This document shows positions 1-11,600 of a DNA stretch of 64,000 nt, in pieces. The DNA comes from Vicugna vicugna (taxonomy: Eukaryota): NCBI GenBank assembly GCA_013265495.1, contig MU058065.1:124001-188000 (forward strand), in the 5' to 3' direction. The translations under genes were made by a program, and so were the position numbers. Every line of letters starts with the position of its first letter. The stretch's first letter is position 1. A model generated the notes under the pieces. The model was not told where the DNA came from, did no database searches, and saw only the letters and a list, made by a program, of their open reading frames with translations.

Positions 1-853
1 TGATAGTCTTTTTATATATGCTTCACCAAATGAGCTTTAAAAAGCACGATTCTTCCTAATATGTGTCCATCCATAAGACATTCATGTGTGCGGTGGGTTC
101 CTGTTGATAGGTTATTTATTATGTGGTCATAGTCTCTTTGATTCTAATATTTGACCCGTATCATTTTCTCTTTTGTAGAACAAGGTACAGGTATACAAAC
201 ATTCAAACTAAGATTTAAGGTGATATATGATACAAAGCACTTATTTGATAAGTATTCAAGATTTATTTTCATGATTCATTCTCTGGAAGAGAGATTTAAT
301 TGTGTATAGCAACCTCAACGGTAAAAATTTTGGTTATTTCCAGGGATGTTTTTGGGAATGTGAATCCCTCTAACACTTTAGCCATTTGTGTTGCAAAATG
401 TTTCATTTATAAAGGAATGAGAATTTGAAGGGAGAAAAACCCCTGCAGAACTAAGATTTGGATTTTAAAGGAGATGAAAGAAGAGGCTAAGAAACAGTAA
501 GATTTCCTTGCCTGTTTTCCTAATTTGAACAGGTTTCTTTTTATAGAGTAGAATAAATAATATTTGCTTGGAAGGAAATTGACAAATAAAGTTTTTATTT
601 TTCAAAAGGGCTTTAAAATAAAATCCTCCTTATATGGAGGATACATTAAAAACAAACCAACAAAGCCAAAGAATCTTCTATTCTTAGCTTTCTGAGGGAA
701 AATATAATACTCTGCAACAACCATATAATCATATCCTTAATAATCCTGAAGTAGCAATTGACCATGCTTTGACAGCAATATGCCAGAAAAATTCTACAGT
801 GTGTATTTGTAAGATGTAAATGCAGAGAGATGAGAGATGGGTGGAGTGGGGGC

Positions 854-883
<30 letters not shown>
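854..883. repeat. (TG)n microsatellite
   Basis: Direct reading. Confidence 0.95.
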
Positions 884-885
<2 letters not shown>

Positions 886-1698
886 CACGTGCCAGTGTGT
901 ATATATGTGTGTGTGTTTTAAGTGAGGCACCAAATGCTACTTGGCACATTTAAATCCTGACTTGTGCTTATTTCTCGTTCTTGCTGAGTTTGCCTTTGCT
1001 CTGTTGAGTTTAAAGATGGGATTAGATAGTCAATTATCATCTGAAACAAAAAGGAAGTCAGACCTGTCCACAGCAAACCACTCTGCCTATGAAAGAGCAT
1101 GTTAGTTTGTGAAAACATTGTTTTCCTAACTTCCTCAGCTACTGCTGTTTGCCTCTCTTTCCTATTTCTCAGGTGAAACCTGAAACAGGAAAGGGCATAA
1201 GGGGCCAGGAGATGTGTGCTCTATCTCCTAAGCCCTCATTTGAAACATCTCTGCCTGTTTACTCTTTTCCACGGTCTGTTACAGGACATTTCTGAGGCAT
1301 TTCGTGCAGGTGGGCAGGACTGTTGGTTGCCCTTGATTCACCTCCTGTCCCACCACATTTTCTGTTTCTCTTCTCTCTTGTCCATCTGGGTCTCCTCTTG
1401 GTTCTTACCTGCCAGATCGTTTTCCAGTCTCCACCTCTCCCAATCCCCTTGTTTCCCACCTCTTATGTTCCTGGCATTGTCTTTTCTTTTCGGCTCCATT
1501 TCAGAATTTTGCAGTACTGGTGGCCTACTCTCTGCAGAGAGTAAATTGAGAGCCCAAATCGGAGGGCAGAAAGGGCTTTACAGCAGCCCAGCTATCTTCA
1601 CCCAGAATTTACCTCAAGTTTGTTTTTTAGTTTGGAAGCTGCAGCTGAGCGGATAGAGCAGGCTTTGGTAAAGACAGACTCAAGCCATAGTTTTTTAG

Positions 1699-1702
<4 letters not shown>

Positions 1703-1739
<37 letters not shown>

Positions 1740-1750
1740 TTTTTTTTTTT
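1703..1750. repeat. poly(T) tract
   Basis: About 48 nt of T with one G interruption. Confidence 0.95.
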
Positions 1751-1849
1751 ATTTCCTCTTTGTGATTTCAAGGATTCCTACCTCCACGAGTACCTCCCAT
1801 CTCTCCCTCTCTTCCTCCCTCCTGTCCCCTCGCTGTGTGGCCTTTTTTG

Positions 1850-2600
1850 TCTGGCGCAAACCCTCTCTCGGCCCTGGCACTTCACCGTTTCCCCGGTCAC
1901 CTCTGCTTCCTGCATCCCTCCGTATTTATTTCGCGCTCGGCTTCCCCTCCCTCCTCTAAGCCCCCTTAGGCCCGAGGTTGGGGAATCTGCAGCGAGGCTG
2001 AGGCCACCCTAAGAAGACTCCCACCCTGCTCACCCCCGCTCGCTTGGGGGCGCGGGGGCGGCCGGGTCCCCTCCCGGGCGTGGTGGGAGGTGGCGGTGGC
2101 GGTGGCGGTGGCGGTGGCGGGCGAGCCCTGGCCCCTGCCAGAGCCTCGGGGAGGCTGGCCCCCGAGCGGGCGGGGCAGCCGGGCGCTGATTGGCCCCCAC
2201 CGGAGCCAATCAGCGCGAGCGTAGGCCTATCTGCAGCAGGGGTGGGGCGGGACCTCGGGCGAGGGTTGGGTGGGGGCCTCGGTCCCGGGGTCCGGGGTCC
2301 GGTGGTGGCAGCCGGCCAGACAGCCAGGCGGTCGCCCACCCTTCTCCCTCTGCCCCCTCCCTCTACCGCTCGAAGAACTGAGCCAAATACACGCCCCCTC
2401 CATCCTCCTCCCAGAGGATGTTATGAGCTCAGCCTTATTCGTGCATCTAGACCAGAATCCTAAGAATGAGAAAGTCCAACCAGCCCACTGACAGAGGCCG
2501 GAAACACACACTTCCTCTTATATTTAATTGAGAAAAATCCAGGCCGTGACCATGTGACGTGCCCCATTTTGTTTCCCTCCTCTCTTTACTACGATTTACT
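1850..2600. promoter_or_regulatory. Intronic CpG island, promoter-like (GC boxes, inverted CCAAT pair, ETS/CRE-like motifs)
   Basis: GC- and CpG-rich, mainly ~1970-2370. GGGCGG boxes at ~2168 and ~2245, ATTGG 2189-2193, CCAAT 2206-2210, CCGGAAA ~2498 and TGACGTG ~2556. Confidence 0.75.
2089..2118. repeat. (GGTGGC)5 hexamer repeat
   Basis: Five perfect copies inside the CpG island. Confidence 0.95.
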
Positions 2601-3714
2601 ACGACGCCACGTTCCTGTTCCTTAATCTTCCTGTCTTGAAATCTGTGAACAGGAGGAAGCTACAGCACGTGGTTGTAGGATTGATTGGGTTGGCTCAAGA
2701 TTTTTACATTTACATCTCTTACTATTGGGAGGAAGGAGAGAAAAACTGAGTAGGAAATCCAAGTGCTGTGGCTGGCACTGTGTGGGGATCATTCGGAAAA
2801 TCCATTTGGCTCGAAATTGCATCAGGGTCAACACTTTGTTGCGTGCTTGCAGTTTGCAAAGCACAGAGCTAGGATAAGACCCACAAAAACTGACCATCCT
2901 CAGCCCAAGGAAGCTCATAGTGAAATGAAAACGTCGATACAGCTTGCAAATCGTGAGAATCTAGAGATTCCTTACGAGGGCTTGGATAGGGTTCCTTATT
3001 GGGCTTGGAGGTAATGCTGCTTGCTTCTCAAAAACAGATCTGTGTTTTGACCTGTGGCAGCCTTAGTGACAGCCCATCAGGGCAGGCAGGGAGAACGGAC
3101 TTCGAAAGCTTGCTAGATTTGTGTTGTGCTTCCTCACATAACCAAAATTATGTGGGATGTATTACCAAGTGCGATCGACATTTGTTTATTTATTCTTTCT
3201 AGAATAAAGAAGGAAAATAACAAAGATAAATACTATGGAAGTATTTCCTTCTTCCCATCCCTCTAAAATAAGCGTTTCTCACCAGCTACCAATCTCTGTT
3301 GCAATCACTGAATCATAAGCCCCAAAGGCAGTGTTTTTCTTTAGGTGTTGATTGAAACGTCACAGGTGAAAATGTAAGGAAGAAACACTGCCCCTGAAAA
3401 TTCTATGCCCCAATACTGCTTCTGAGCTGGTGGGAGAGAGCTGCTCTGCTGTTCCAGAAAACTTTGAGCATTTAACAATCTTCCTAATTTCTGCTATTGT
3501 TTAGGTAGCTTTTTATGTTAGAAATAAAGCCATAAAAATTTCATATATTGTAGTCAGTTATCAGATTGCCCTCCAAATAAATACTATCTCTAAGACTGTT
3601 CTAGAGTAAGAGACTCAGAATCCAAAAGGGCATACTTCCCTCCTCTCTCCTTTTTTTTTTTTTTGGTTTATCAAAATTCCCTGAAAATAGCTTAATGCTA
3701 TCTTGAATGATACA

Positions 3715-3885
3715 ATGGAAAAAGCAGCTCCTGGGAGCCAGAGATCTTGGGTTATAACACAGCCTGTGCCCTTCACTAAGCTGAGTGACCTTGAGAAAGT
3801 CATTTAATTTCTCTGGACCTATTTCCTCATCAGTAAGTTGAGAATTTTGTTCTTAATTATTCTAACCTCCTTTGCAGCTCTAAAC
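3715..3885 (+). mobile_element. MIR-family SINE (degenerate)
   Basis: MIR core AGCTGAGTGACCTTGAGAAAGTCATTTAATTTCTCTGGACCTATTTCCTCATCAGTAA. Confidence 0.75.
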
Positions 3886-6416
3886 ATAGGGATATTTTGG
3901 AGAAAATGATATTCTTTAATGGGTCAGTTGTAATGAGGATTCTTTCTGAAGAAGCTATTGATGGGGTCCTAATGAAGTGCATTAGAATATTCGGTTCTGT
4001 CCCGTTCTAGCTTCTGGATCACTCTTTATGGCTTGATTTAGGGCTGATTTTAACCTTTCTTATCTGGAGTCAGGGGAACATTTTCAGACTTTAACAGACC
4101 TTCAGACAAACTTTGCTAACTCTACCAGTCTAAATTTTTGGAACCTTCTTTAGACTGGATTTGGCTCATCTCCCCTCCTCCCTTTTTAAAAATAAAATTT
4201 GTGTGAGAATGCAGGTTACCCGCTGGTTCCTTCCTCCTAAGGTCAGCTGTTGGAAGCATCCGTCCCCACCTGGCAGTACAGGTAAAGCTTTAACCAATCC
4301 ACGCCTGTGACGTTATTCTGTTTATTGTGCTGGAAATCACCCCTTCTTGCGCCAGTGGTCTGTTTATGGATAATGTTTCTCATTTGTACCATGAGAATCC
4401 TTTGGTGAAGTATCCACTTGAATGAATGGGGAAGAAATCTGAGAGGCCAGTTGGGAACTATAAGAAGTCTTTCACAATTTTTTGTTTAGTTTTATTTTTC
4501 TCTGTTGGGTGTGTGAACAAACTCAAAACTTCTCTTGCTGGTAAAATCAGTGTTGCCCAGCTTTTTTGTGCTTCAGCAGTTCTGATTGGTTGCTTGAGCC
4601 GCACAGTGCTTTGCTGACCCAGTGTAATCCTGGCTGTCCGGCTGCCAATGTATTCAGAATTGCCTTCCCATTTGGGCGCCTCCATGTGGATTTCATAAAT
4701 TAGAAAAGTCTATTGATGCTTTCATTCAAAACTTCATTGACCTGACAGTTACTTTTCTACTCTTTCTGCTATCATCAGATGTATTTCTTAGCTGTATAGT
4801 ATATAAATGTTTCCTTTTATTTTGGTGGGTTGGTAATTCAGTATAATGGAACACTTCACAATTTTAAGGTTTTATTTTGCTTTGTTCTGAAGAAAACCAT
4901 TTCCTCAATTATTTCCTCATGTTACAGAGTTACTGGAAATTGTATTCAAGGAAAACAGCTTCTTGCGGATTCAGTTTGAAGTCAGTTTCACACTAAAGAT
5001 TCTGTAACTTTTTTTCACACTAATACTTTTCTTGTGTTTAAAATAACAGATAGTCTACCACATTTATAGTTATGCAACTGATGTATTATTTCATTACCTT
5101 ATGAGTCCACAGCTATGCAGCAAACTTGAAAAGTTCTTTTTAAAATGTTATGGAAACATGCTCATAATTGTAATCTCATTGACTTTTAACTTAACAGAAT
5201 TACATTTTAATATTAGTATGGTATAGTAGTACACTAATTTCAAACTGTTGGGAAAGTTGCAAAAAGTTGTAAAGCTTTTTAAACTGATAGACTAGTAAAT
5301 ACCCTCTTTTTGGTTCTGTTCTTGTCTTACATTATGAAAATGTCGTCTCTCTCCCATTCTTAATTTATGAGACTAGAAGGGAGATAGATTAGATAAATAT
5401 CAGGTACTGTCATCTATGGGAAAAAGAACATTTTCCATTTTAATCTTCCTGCAAGCTCTGTTACAATCTATTTGTTCAAAGAAATTTAGTTGGGTCAATG
5501 TTATTCGTACTTCTTCAGTGAGTCTGTGATCTTTGAATATTAGAGCTTTTAAAAATGATGTGTTTAGGTTGAAAACATTCTTTTTCACCCCTCCTTTCTG
5601 TATTTGCGTTAATGATGGCAGTGGACTTGAATATGAGTCAGGCTATTATGTTAATTGTATCCATCTTTGTGGTTTTATTGCCCTACCCGGCATGTCTGAC
5701 GGAGGAAGCTGAGTTGCATTCACTGTTTTCCCTTGTTGTTCCATGTTTGTTGCTGCTGTTGTCCACTCAGTGTCACACTCTCCACCGTCTACCGCTGGCC
5801 CTGTTAGAGCCAAACCCATGTGCGTTGGATGCTAGTCGGTTGGGCTGAAGGAGATGCCAAGTTGTAGTAAGGAAAAAAGACTTTAATAAACTTTCCTCCC
5901 TCTTCTTTTTTTGACCAAAAAATACTTTGATGCTAGTTCTCTGATCCTCCCTGACATCTTGAGGTCACGTTGCTGAACAAGTAGCACTTAATCTTGAGAA
6001 ATTGATAGTTGTATTGTGTTTGTTGGAATGATCAAAGAGGCCTTCTTTTTGTTTTCTGGTTTTTTTCCTTCAAATATATGTGGTGTGGCAAACAAATTAT
6101 ATTCTGCACAGAAAGTCATGATTCTTACTTTTAGGAAGGTTATGATTGAAATAAGACAGGCAAAAATTTTTTAAAAATACAGTAGTTGAAGGTCTCTGAA
6201 ATATTTGGTAATTACTATGTATCTAACTATTATTCAGTATTCTCCAGTGATCATTTCCCTGTTCTTTTAAAAATTATTGACAGGGCTCTATGAGATATGA
6301 GAAATAATCATACTTACCCTTGAGTTTAAGAGATTGTGGGAATAATCAGAAGAACTTTCCAACTCCAGTGTAGTGATAGGGGCCACCTAGCTCCCAACAC
6401 CTAACCTATGATTTCC

Positions 6417-6510
6417 TTTTTTTTTAAGTGGAGGTACTGGGGATTGAACCCACGACTTTGTGCTTCATGCATACTTAGCACATGCTCTACTGCTGAGCTA
6501 TACGCTCCTC
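6417..6510 (-). mobile_element. tRNA-Ala-derived camelid-type SINE (Vic-1-like)
   Basis: Reverse strand has A box TAGCTCAG, B box GGTTCAATCC and an A tail. Degenerate TSD CTAA(C/A)CTATGATTTC at 6401 and 6512. Confidence 0.85.
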
Positions 6511-8184
6511 ACTAAACTATGATTTCTTATTGGTCTCCCTCCCTCCTTTGCCTCAGTAAACACCAGTGAGCACCTATCACATTACAACAGCACAGATTTT
6601 GTTAAGAGGATGGTGATGGGAACATGGAAATGAGGACAAAAATGGGAGGGAGGGGAATTCGTCTAAGTAATTACCAGATTTCTTATGGCTCAACTTATCT
6701 GGGAAAAAATTAAGATTCAGAAGGTGCAATGTATGGAAGTCAGTATTTTTCATCTGCTCTTTGGGCCAAAGTGCCCACCTATCTCAAAGTTGTCTGCTTT
6801 TCTTAATCATTCTAACCATAGCTTCCTGCCTCACAGTAACACCAGCATACTTAAATAGTTTATAAGGCTGTCCAAACTCTCCTTTGGACAGAGTGGTCCA
6901 TTTTCGGATATGCAGCTAGCAAACATAGTATTTACAAGAAGCAAGGAGAAAAGAGATCTTTGGTCCAACTAAAGCAGCCAGGAGAGGGGTCCAGGTGATA
7001 AATGGTCAGTAGCTTAGTGAGTCCTTGTTAGGGGTTAGTCAGTGTTAGGAAACGTGGGGTGAAAATGAGGGCTGCAAAAGAAATTGCAAAATCTTTGGGT
7101 CTTAGAAGCTCTATTATTCAAGGACTTTTTTCCTCCCCTTTGGGTGGGTGGTTTTTATTTTTAGTAGCAAAACCTCTAACCCTCTGACCTCTGCTCTGGA
7201 TCCTGTGCTTGCTTCTGGCGGGAAGTATAATCTACTTTGAGATTTTTCTCATTGCTCGCTTTTCATCTCTCTCTGTTTTGATGGTGTGCAGTCATATTTG
7301 TTTTTAAGTTTATAGTAGTTTCTTCCAGAGACATAAAAAAAGCAGTTTTTTAAAGACCACCAAGTTTTATGGTAGTTTTCTGGATCTATTTACATAATGT
7401 TTTTTTCTTTTAATATTTTGGTGTAGCCAATGCAGACTCATGCTGTTTCAAGTGGTTTAACGAAATTGTTTTTAAAGATATAGAGTGAAAATTAAGGCTT
7501 TCTCCCACTCCTGTTCTCCAGCTTCTCTTCTCAGAGGCCACCACCAATGCCGGTTTTTTGTTTATCTTTCCAGAGATGAGCTGCTCATAAATTTTGAAGC
7601 TTAGTAATAGAAAGTTGGTTAAATGCCCAACAGCTCCAAGTCTTCCATGGCAGAACACACTCAGATCCCACATTGCTGCACTGAGGGAACACAGCAGCCA
7701 ACAGCCCTCTTACAATAGACTGCCTACTTTGTTTTTGTTGAAGGGAAAAAGCAAAGTACTCTTTATTTGCCATGCCTCTTCTGGATCCTCAGGTTAAAGA
7801 AAAAAGTACATAACGCAGGAAGGAGGGAAAGCAAGTTAAAAAACGATCTGCTTTTCTAGCTTTGAAGCGTTTGTACCAATTGTTTGAGAAGGGAAAGATG
7901 TGTAAGTTTTCAAATACTAGCATTTTAAATCTTTATTACTTTATTTACCTCCCCGGTTTACTTTTATGGTAGTACTCAGGCATTCAGCACCCAACTCCCT
8001 TACCCCCTCCAAGACTGCACAAATAACTAGTTCTTAATATAGTGTAGTAGGATTAAGTATAAAGGTTAAGGATCTTTGTGATGACTTCCTGGACACTAAG
8101 GTCTCCTAGTTTTGAGAGTTCAAAAGACTTAATGTTTTAATTAAAATAGTCTTTCACTATAAAGCCGTCTTGTTTCCTAACAGT

Positions 8185-8635
8185 GTGCATCATTTAGCTT
8201 TGATGTGTAACAAGCCGCTCCAAAACCGATCGCCTTAAATGATCAGTCTTTGTTAGATCATAATTCTGAGGGTTTGGTGATTGGGGCTGGGTTCAGCTGG
8301 GCGGTTCTGCGTCTCACCCTGCTGAGCTCACGCGGTTGCGGTGACTGGAGGGTCGGCTGGGGGCTGGTTGGTCTGGGATGGCTTCCCTTACTTGTCTGGT
8401 GGGTGATGCTGGCTGTCAGGTGGTGATTGCTGCTGACTGTACCACGTGTCCCCACAGGCTAACCCGATATGGGACGAGGTCTCTGCAGTAAGAGGGCAAG
8501 CCTGCACAGGCGCTTTGCAAGTCTCTACTTGCGTCATATTTGCTACTCTCCCATTGCCCAAAGCAAGCCACAAAGCCATGCCCAGTTTCAAGGGATGGAA
8601 AAATAGATAGTAATTCTTGATGGGAGAAGCCATTT
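8185..8635 (-). mobile_element. MaLR LTR (MLT1-like), solo and degenerate
   Basis: Motifs GGGCTGGGTTCAGCTGGGCGGTTCT and CCCATTGCCCAAAGCAAGCCACAAAGCCATGCCCAG are typical of MLT1 in reverse. Subfamily not resolved. Confidence 0.75.
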
Positions 8636-11600
8636 TTTTTCTGATTTATACAGGATGTAAATGTATCTACAAACAGTTCTGTATGTCATCATTAACAGAG
8701 ATATATCAGCTACATGCTGAATATTTAGCATAACATTATTCTTAGATGTTTATAATGAATATTCCTAGTTTTGGGCAAAATATCCGGATTTCCTTCATAT
8801 TAAGGTGGTATCACCTTTTGCCTCGCAAGTTTTCTTTGAGAAACATGAAAGGTGATGTTCTCTCAATAAAGCTTTATTGGGTTTGTCCTGGGAGCCAGGC
8901 CCTGAAGACAGGAGTGAGTGAGTCGCTGTCCTCCTGGTGCCTTTAGATGGGGCAGATGACAAAGCTGTGAGCAGAAGTTGTGCTCCTGCAGAACACAGCT
9001 TGATGAAGATGAAATGCAGGGTCATGGGGCAGAATAATGGAGAACCACTTTCCATGTGGGGGCAGGAAACGATTTGAGAAAATAGTGCCTAATGCAGTTC
9101 TGCCATTCAGGCTTGTGAAGGGGAGACACATATTTTTATATTGCGTGTTGGTGGGGCCAGGTGCAGATTCCGGTCTTGGGTGGCGTCTCTTTCTAAGAGT
9201 TAGATTTCCTCTTGAGAATGCCTCTTACTGGATGCGTGAAAGCTGCAAGGTCACCTCTGCGAAAACCGTAAAAAGTGGCTACTGAGGTTCCTAGTACCAG
9301 AAGCTGCTGTGTATATGTTTTATGCCGTTGGTGGTTGGTGAAAATATTCATACTCTTTTCCTAGACTAGAGGATTACGCTTTCTGACTGTCTGCAGGGCT
9401 CACATAGGACCGGAAGATAATTTGGTCTTGGGAAAGTGCCCAGAGCCAGAGGACAGATACTAGACATCTCGGACCACCCTCCCTTTGCCTCTTCACCAGG
9501 ACTGCCCTTCCCCAAGGACGCAGCAGGCTGGACCATATGAGAACTTACACTTGAGTGGGGCGAGATGGGGAGCAGTGACTGAAATGGAGTCAAAGACTTT
9601 TAAATGGTTTGAAAGAGTTTTTTCCTACCTGAGCACCAATCCCGATCTTGGCAATACAGACTTGCTAATTATTGGAAAGCAAACCAGACGGTCAGCAATA
9701 TCTCACTCAAAGCCAAAGCAGTACTTTTGACTCTGCCCCAGATCTTCTATCAGGCAGTATTTACATTTTTCTTTTACTGGAATCTCCAGTGCTTTAAATG
9801 TTCCTGAGGTTACAAAACAAAACAAAATGGGACCCTGTGTAAATTACATCACAGTGGGAGGAGGGGATGGAGGCTCCTAAAGCGTTTTGAGGGGCTGGCT
9901 GGGTGGTGTGTTGATACTCTGCTCTTGGCAACTCCCACCCACCCCCAACTCCTCCCTTGACCCCCGCCTTCTGCCAGCCTTCCCATTTCAGGGCTCTCTT
10001 TGAACCACAACTAAACAATGACTTCCTTTCAAAGTTGAGCCCATCCCTCTGGTTAGGTTAAGGAATAGAAATACTACATTTTGAAAAAGAGTGGGTAACA
10101 ACTGAATTTCTGACAATATTTCACTTCCACTGGTGGGGTATCCTGCAAGTTGGTGAGTGTGTGTGTGTGTATGTGTGTGTTGGTTTGTGTGTGTGGGGAG
10201 GTGGGGAGGTGGGGAGCTGGGGCAGATGGTTAGGGAGTGGAAACTATGGTGCAACAAAAAGGGTTATATGCCTAAAACTAGGTCTTTAAAATATTTTGCA
10301 GCCTGAGCGTTTAGTCCCTGCAAGGGACGACCTTCAGAAAGTGTGCAGGCTTGTTTCTCCAGGCCTTTGAACTGGGTGAGGAATGTGTCTCAAGATGGAA
10401 AAACGAATGACTGGTGTTTTTAGCCTCCAGCTTGAAACTTGCCGGAGGAATGTTCTTGTGCCCTGAGAGCCTGCTTCCCACCACGCGTTAGATGGCCTTT
10501 CGGAAAGCGTCTTTGCTTGATCAGGTCCTCAACAAAAACCCATGCCACTCGCTACTTCTAGGTGGATTTTAAATGAATGCCTCTTCTCTAAGAGTGGAGC
10601 CCCACCACTCCCTCTCCACCTCAGCTGAGATGATTTATTGGTGCTCACGAGATAAGGAAACTTCAGACTTTTTTTTTTCTTTTTTTTTTTTGGCTTGGGG
10701 AATAATTTAAAAAAAATAATGGCAGGAGGTACTTAGGAACATAAAGAGATCTGATCTCAGAATGGATTTGCACCAAAAGAAAAATTGCATTTGCAGTGGA
10801 AAATCAATACATTTAAGACAACATTTAGCGTATTTGGTTTGCCGGTTCCTGTGTACGTAGCACTCTGTCTCTCTTTCTTTCAGAAAGTTGACCCCTTCTT
10901 AACAGATGATGGGGACCCCTGTCCTGGCTGTAGGTACTGGTTTCACGTTACTCTCCCACTAAAAATTGCCAGCTCTTTGAGAATAGTCTCACCAATCATC
11001 TCACGACTCCAGTATCTGGGGAGGTGCTCACAAAACACTGAATTAAAAATTTGTTTATCAACAGTTCAGGAGAGAGTTGTGGAACAAAGGAGAGGACTTC
11101 AGGAAAACCTCCAATGAAAACAGTACTGTGGGTATGTTTTGAGTACCTCAAACGATTACATTTGCCAAGTATTTTTTAAAAATCCAATTGAGATTGAACA
11201 ATGCATTAAAAGTAGTCAAACAAGATTACGAGAGCCTTTGCAACGCGATGTGACTGTACATGAAAACTGGGGGGAAATTAATTACAGCTGCATTGTTGCT
11301 GTGTCTGAAATCCTTGGATCTTTCCTCTGTTCCCCCAAACCATTCTTTTCAAGATTGACAGAAACTTTGCTTTGTTTTGACAAGATTTATTTCTCTGCTT
11401 CCAACAGTAGTTCATCAACTTTTATCCTACTAACAGAGTTCGTCTGATGTTAATTGTAGCTTACCGATCTAGGTCATAGCATAGCATTTTATGCTGAGGT
11501 TTAAAGATATCAAAAGCAATGAGAAAATTATTTGAAAAATAATTATTGTATTGTAGTTACCTCTATTTTTTTTTTTTTTAAAGAGGCCAGTTGTTCAGTA

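Noticed and set aside
1150..1178. Yn-CAG|GT junctions at 1172, 42172 and ~47537
   Set aside because: Weak donor halves (GTGAAA, GTACCT) or a branch point too close (42172); expected by chance in a long intron.
1620..2511. Overlapping 60-140 aa ORFs (poly-F, poly-G, poly-P)
   Set aside because: Artefacts of the poly(T) tract, the hexamer repeat and stop-poor GC-rich sequence.
5612..5848. 78-aa ORF with a hydrophobic N-terminus
   Set aside because: Intronic and T-rich; no recognisable homology or exon structure.
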